Part shown: positions 27,914 to 32,000 of the stretch, one piece after another
Layout of the letters: the number at the start of each line of letters is the position of its first letter
Numbering within the stretch: the first letter of the stretch is position 1
The notes under the pieces: model-generated
Told to the model about the DNA's origin: nothing
The model's input: the letters and a program-made list of their open reading frames with translations, nothing else
Database searches by the model: none
Translations under genes and position numbers: made by a program
Assembly: GCF_000014785.1 (NCBI RefSeq)
Contig: NC_008340.1
Location: 270,001-302,000 of the forward strand
DNA length: 32,000 nucleotides
Reading direction: 5' to 3'
DNA from: Alkalilimnicola ehrlichii MLHE-1
GTDB taxonomy: Bacteria > Pseudomonadota > Gammaproteobacteria > Nitrococcales > Halorhodospiraceae

Positions 27914-28187
27914 TCGTCCTCCTTAGAATTAGTGTCGGGTCGAGTTGCGGACGGGCTTTTGGCCCGCCTTCCGCGCGGTGGCTTTCTATCAGGTGCGGTG
28001 CAACTCGGGGACAGCCTGAATATTCTGGACCACGCCCAGAGGGCGATCAAGCAGATAGGCGGCGCGAGCCCTCGCTGGGCCCCCAAGGGCGGGGGCTTTC
28101 CTTTGGTCTTTTGAGCGGATGCGTCGGGGCTGGTCGCCGTGTTGCGACTTCCGCCCCGGCACTATGCGTCCAAGCCGGTCGTCTCCG

Positions 28188-29054
28188 CTACAGGCCGTAC
28201 TTGGGCGGGAAGTAGGACAGCGGGGGTTCGCGGTTCAGCCAGCCCTTGATCGGATCGCTGTCATTGGGGCAGTAAGGCCGGTCCTCGGGCTTGAGATGGC
28301 ACCGACCGTAAGTCACTCGATTATTTACATAGCCGTGCTCGGACCCGCGCACGACCCATTTCCATGAGCCCTCGACGTCGTCCTGTCGCCAGAGATTGCC
28401 GGCCAGGTTATTCATGGCCGGGGCGTAGCCCTGCTCGGCGGCCTTGACGTCTTCTGCTCGCGGGGGCCAGTCGCCGGAGCGTTCCTGAATACGACTCGCC
28501 CACAGGTCTTGTGCCTGGGGAAGGCCGGCTGCGGCGGCGTTGCGCAACCAGTTTCGACCCTCTTCCACGTCCTCCAGCGCAACATAGACTGAATACAGTG
28601 CAAGCATGGCATCCGGATCCCCTTCCTCGGCTTTGGGGAGTTCCTGGTCCAGAGCCATTTTTGCCCAGGAGTCATGCTCTTCGGGGCAGATGTCGGCCAG
28701 CTCGCAGATCATGCCCCAATTCAGACGAAGCATGGCGTAGGGATCCCCGCCCTCCGCCGCGCGGTGGTACCAGTCGATGGCCTCGCGGGACATGCCACGG
28801 TCCATAAAGCGGTAGATCTCGCCAAGGGTGTACATGGACTCTACATCGCCTGCCTCGGCGGCCTTTTCGAGGTGGTGGATGGCCACGCTTCGCCACCGGA
28901 TGCCGTACAAGCGCATGCCTTCTTCCTTCGCCTGCCGGGCTTCTTCATTTAGTTCACGTGCCGTGTCGGCGCTGCTGAGCGCGCTAGTGGACCCCACTGC
29001 GATCAGCAGCGCCATGAATCCGGTCAGTGGCCATCTGACAGTGCTTGAGTTCAT
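28188..29054 (-). CDS. Secreted Sel1-like repeat protein (paralogue 1, 288 aa)
   Basis: Signal peptide MNSSTVRWPLTGFMALLIAVGSTSALS. Sel1-type repeats are present (AAEAGDVESMYTLGEIY, WYHRAAEGGDPYAMLRL, AAAAGLPQAQ, AAEQGYAPAMNNLAGNL). GGAG lies 9 nt before the ATG. Confidence 0.85.
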   Translation of the reverse strand: MNSSTVRWPLTGFMALLIAVGSTSALSSADTARELNEEARQAKEEGMRLYGIRWRSVAIHHLEKAAEAGDVESMYTLGEIYRFMDRGMSREAIDWYHRAAEGGDPYAMLRLNWGMICELADICPEEHDSWAKMALDQELPKAEEGDPDAMLALYSVYVALEDVEEGRNWLRNAAAAGLPQAQDLWASRIQERSGDWPPRAEDVKAAEQGYAPAMNNLAGNLWRQDDVEGSWKWVVRGSEHGYVNNRVTYGRCHLKPEDRPYCPNDSDPIKGWLNREPPLSYFPPKYGL

Positions 29055-29108
29055 AGTGCAATCTCCGGCATTGGATGCCTGATCCGCCTTCTTTTAGTGC
29101 GCTGGTTC

Positions 29109-30740
29109 CTAGTCCACCGGAGGAAGGTGTCTGGAAAGATTGTGAACAGCCCTGTCGTACCGCATGCGATCTTCCCGGCCCGCCCCGGTAGGCGATGGAA
29201 TCGGCATAAACCCATCCAGTCTTTGTCGATTCTCGGCATAGGCTTTGGCCCTGGATTCGTCGGTAGGCTGTCCGTCTCGGGCCATGCGCACCACGGCCTT
29301 TTCAAACAACTTCTGCGCCGGGTTCGGGTGCTCTGCGGAGAACTCGCGCCGGGGCCCGTAGACGCCGGCCAGGACGCCGGAGACAATCCATTGCAGGCAG
29401 TTGAGGATCGCCCGCTGGTGGAATCCTCGTGCTTGCTCCACGTTGTATTGGTTCTCCTCCACCTCGAACGCCTGCGGCTGACTGGTCAGGGTATAAAGCA
29501 GCGGCCCGAGGGCCTCGGGCGGCAGTTGGCGCACCCAGGCGCGCAGTTGCTGGACGCGCTTGTGGTGTTCCCGACTGGCCTCCGGGTCATACCGGAGGTT
29601 GGGCGGTTCCTCGGCGGCGAGTTCGTAGGCGATCCGGCTGGCCATGTCCCGCTCCCGGGTGAACCATTCGATCAGCTGGCGCAGGCGGTGGGTGCCGCGC
29701 AGCAGGAGCAGGGCGGGTTCGACCAGGGTGATGGCGGCGAGGTAGGCCAGGCGGCTCATCTCCTCGAAGGCGTCTTCGTCGATCCAGTCGACGCGCTCGT
29801 AGCCGACCTCCACCAGCGCCTGGTGCATCATGGCGAGCCAGAGGTCGAGGTGGCGGGTGTCGAGGGCCAGGCGCACGCTGCCCCCGCCGCCGACGCCGAG
29901 CACCAGGCGCAGGGAGGCGTGCAGCACGAAGCGGCCGTTGTGCAGGCCGAGCCGGAAGGCGGCCTCGCCGCCGACCCCGACGCGTACTTCGGGGTTGATC
30001 TCGGCACGGGTCAGGGTTTTCCACTGGCGGGCCTCGTCCCGGGCGTAGCCCGCGCGGTCGATCTCGGCCATGGCCTGGTAGCGCGGCAGGCGCGCGAGCA
30101 GGTTCGCCGGCGGCTGCCAGAGCAGACGGCAGTGGTTGTGGCCGGCCAGTCCGGTGCCGGCGAAGGCCTCCAGTCGGGCATCGACGCCGTCGCGCTCCAC
30201 GGGGGCGAGGCCGTTGACGGCGAGACGCCCCCCGGCGGTGTCGAGCCCGACGCCGCCGCCCAGCGCCACGGAGACGGCGGCATGGCCGTGGAGCACGGGC
30301 TCGATGTGCAGGCAGTAGCGGCCGATGGAGCGGGCATCGGGGTGATCGGCATCAAGCCCGAAGGGGACGATGACCGGCTCCGCCTTGGAGGGGTCGGGCA
30401 GCTGGATGGGCGCGAGGGCGATCTCGCCACGACCGAAATCGAAGGCGTGCTGGCCGCGCAATCGCAACACGACCGGCAAGCCGTGCTGCCCGCGGGCCAC
30501 GGTGGCGGTGATGCCCAGCTCGTCGAAGGCAAGGCTGGGGGCCACGCTGACCGTCCGGCCGCCGGCGTTGCCCCCGGTGTCGATGCCGGCGGTGTCCTGG
30601 TAGCGGGCGGTCAGGCCGATGCGGGCGCCGGTTCCGGGGGCCTCGGTCTCCGGCTCGCTCTGCTCCTCCGACTCGGGCCGGCGGCAGCCCCGCCAGGAGC
30701 GCCAACCAGTCAGGGTGGTGACCTGCCAAAACAGGAGCAT
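29109..30740 (-). CDS. Hypothetical 543-aa protein, family not recognised, no signal peptide
   Basis: This long minus-strand ORF has a balanced composition (W, Y, F, K, N present), whereas the overlapping plus ORF is V/G/H/Q-rich antisense shadow. The N-terminal half is Gly-rich with alternating beta-like segments, and the C-terminal half looks helical. The 3' region is duplicated at 31817-32000. Confidence 0.7.
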   Translation of the reverse strand: MLLFWQVTTLTGWRSWRGCRRPESEEQSEPETEAPGTGARIGLTARYQDTAGIDTGGNAGGRTVSVAPSLAFDELGITATVARGQHGLPVVLRLRGQHAFDFGRGEIALAPIQLPDPSKAEPVIVPFGLDADHPDARSIGRYCLHIEPVLHGHAAVSVALGGGVGLDTAGGRLAVNGLAPVERDGVDARLEAFAGTGLAGHNHCRLLWQPPANLLARLPRYQAMAEIDRAGYARDEARQWKTLTRAEINPEVRVGVGGEAAFRLGLHNGRFVLHASLRLVLGVGGGGSVRLALDTRHLDLWLAMMHQALVEVGYERVDWIDEDAFEEMSRLAYLAAITLVEPALLLLRGTHRLRQLIEWFTRERDMASRIAYELAAEEPPNLRYDPEASREHHKRVQQLRAWVRQLPPEALGPLLYTLTSQPQAFEVEENQYNVEQARGFHQRAILNCLQWIVSGVLAGVYGPRREFSAEHPNPAQKLFEKAVVRMARDGQPTDESRAKAYAENRQRLDGFMPIPSPTGAGREDRMRYDRAVHNLSRHLPPVD

Positions 30741-30744
30741 TTCG

Positions 30745-31758
30745 CTACAGGCCGTACTTGGGCGGGAAGTAGGACAGTGGGGGCTCGCGGTTCAGCCAGT
30801 CCTCGGCGAGTTCTTCGGCTTCGGCGATTTCTTCGTCGGATAGGCGCTCCCCGTATCGCTCCAGAAGGCTCTCGGCCGTGCTAGCTCGTGTTTCTTCATA
30901 CAGCGCGTGCAATATGGCCCACCCTTTGACGGGATCGGGTTCGTCCGGGTAGCAGTAATCAATCAACTCCCCTGGGGCGAGGTGACAAAATCCGTAGGTA
31001 ATGCGCTTCCGAATATGCCCACGCTCCGAACCTTCAACGACCCAGTTCCACGCCGCTTCCATTTTTTCTTGCCGAATTAGATTCCCCACGAGGTTGTATA
31101 TGGCCGGGGCATAGCCCTGCTCGGCGGCCTTGCGGAACCAGGGCTCGGCGGCTTCGACGTCTTTCAGCTGCGGGGGCCATTCGCCGGAGCGTTCCTGGGT
31201 GATAGTTCCCAGCCAATCTTGGGCCTCCGGGTTTCCGGCCTCGGCGGCACGTTCCAGCCAGTCTAGGGCCGTGCGGGGTTCCCCGAGCATGTTGTAGACA
31301 TCAAATAGGGTCGACATGGCGATCGGGTCACCATGTTCGGCCTTGGGTAGTTCCTGCTCGAGAGCCTTGTCCACCCACGCTTCATATTTCTCGGGGCAAA
31401 TGTCAGCCAACTTGCAGATCATGCCGTGTTCGAGCCGGAGCATGGCATGGGGATCCCCGCCCTGCGCCGCGCGGTGGTACCAGTCGATGGCCTCGCGGGA
31501 CATGCCGCGATCCAGTAGCCGGTTCGCCTCGCCCAGGTAGTAGATGGCCTCGACATCACCGGCCCCGGCCGCTTCTTCCAGCGGCGGCTGCATGTCGATC
31601 CATTCATGCAGGCCCCACAGGCGCATTCCTTCTTCTTTAGCCTGTTGCTGCTCGGCATTGAGCTTCAGGGATGTTTTGTCTTCTCCATCGTTGGGTTGAG
31701 CCGTGCCGGCCCATAAGCCAACGATGAGGATGAACACTAGAATTTTTTTGCGGGGCAT
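30745..31758 (-). CDS. Secreted Sel1-like repeat protein (paralogue 2, 337 aa)
   Basis: Start MPRKKILVFILIVGLWAGTAQP at 31758. It is collinear with paralogue 1 (QAKEEGMRLWG, DRGMSREAIDWYHRAAQGGDPHAMLRL, MICKLADICPE, identical C-terminus WLNREPPLSYFPPKYGL). It carries an extra acidic insertion of about 43 aa near the C-terminus. Confidence 0.85.
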   Translation of the reverse strand: MPRKKILVFILIVGLWAGTAQPNDGEDKTSLKLNAEQQQAKEEGMRLWGLHEWIDMQPPLEEAAGAGDVEAIYYLGEANRLLDRGMSREAIDWYHRAAQGGDPHAMLRLEHGMICKLADICPEKYEAWVDKALEQELPKAEHGDPIAMSTLFDVYNMLGEPRTALDWLERAAEAGNPEAQDWLGTITQERSGEWPPQLKDVEAAEPWFRKAAEQGYAPAIYNLVGNLIRQEKMEAAWNWVVEGSERGHIRKRITYGFCHLAPGELIDYCYPDEPDPVKGWAILHALYEETRASTAESLLERYGERLSDEEIAEAEELAEDWLNREPPLSYFPPKYGL

Positions 31759-31816
31759 TGCCAAGACCTTTGTTAACCCTGAGCAAACTGGCTCTTGTCG
31801 CCGCACGCTTGCCTTT

Positions 31817-32000
31817 CTACTGAATGTGACGGGAAAGCCAGCCGGCATTCTGTCTGTATTTCCATTGACGGTCCTGTTGCTCCAGCTGTCCGCTGCCTGC
31901 TGACATGAAATTGTCCAGCCGCCCTCGGTTCTCGGCATACGCATCGGCCCTCGATTCGTCGGTAGGCTGTCCGTCTCGGGCCATGCGCACCACGGCCTTT
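31817..32000 (-). CDS. 3' end of a second copy of the unknown large protein (partial; continues past the right edge)
   Basis: It translates as KAVVRMARDGQPTDESRADAYAENRGRLDNFM..., compared with KAVVRMARDGQPTDESRAKAYAENRQRLDGFM... in 29109-30740. Positions 31953-31999 are identical to 29254-29300. The last 28 or so codons diverge; stop at 31819-31817. Confidence 0.75.
   Translation of the reverse strand, partial: KAVVRMARDGQPTDESRADAYAENRGRLDNFMSAGSGQLEQQDRQWKYRQNAGWLSRHIQ

Noticed and set aside
28080-28115. GC hairpin gcccccaagggcgggggc followed by a T-rich tract on the plus strand, between icd and the Sel1 gene
   Set aside because: It is oriented as a plus-strand terminator, but no plus-strand gene precedes it. 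On the minus strand it lacks a U-tract, so it was not called.
29097-30884. 595-aa plus-strand ORF opposite the unknown 543-aa gene
   Set aside because: Its V/G/A/H/Q/L-rich composition is typical of antisense. It runs through the Sel1 gene 3' end, and the minus frame is the one conserved in the duplicated copy at 31817-32000.

Overview
High-GC proteobacterial (probably gammaproteobacterial) chromosome segment, mostly core genes on the minus strand. Left to right: a partial receiver-like CDS; a small membrane protein with a Glu-rich (GEAE)n tail ending in Tyr; doxX; an 829-aa fusion of a tubulin-tyrosine-ligase (TTL) ATP-grasp domain, a PqqD-like peptide-recognition domain and an HprK-like domain; tRNA-Lys(UUU); the complete tolQ-tolR-tolA-tolB-pal-cpoB operon; maeB; a frameshifted hypothetical gene; and trxB. 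A visibly more AT-rich type IV pilus region follows (about 14.3-19.7 kb). It has two tandem pilin genes, each behind a textbook sigma-54 -24/-12 promoter, separated by a junk insert (orphan MntA-like nucleotidyltransferase plus a truncated REP-associated tyrosine transposase). Next is a fimT-pilV-pilW-pilX-like minor pilin operon that ends at a scar of a pilR-like gene. Then come a DUF4399 gene, pilR with no adjacent pilS, a lipoprotein, pyrE, ppc, and an isocitrate dehydrogenase with a C-terminal CBS pair. The window ends in a tandemly duplicated two-gene module: an unknown 543-aa cytoplasmic-type protein plus a secreted Sel1-repeat protein. Arrays of an 80-bp imperfect-palindromic REP-like element sit in three intergenic regions, and a divergent solo copy sits in a fourth. 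The best candidate for an undescribed system is the TTL/RRE/HprK-like enzyme together with the nearby tubulin-tail-like acidic protein. The second is the duplicated unknown-protein/Sel1 module, which has an effector-immunity-like layout. All functional calls come from motif recognition by eye; no searches were run.
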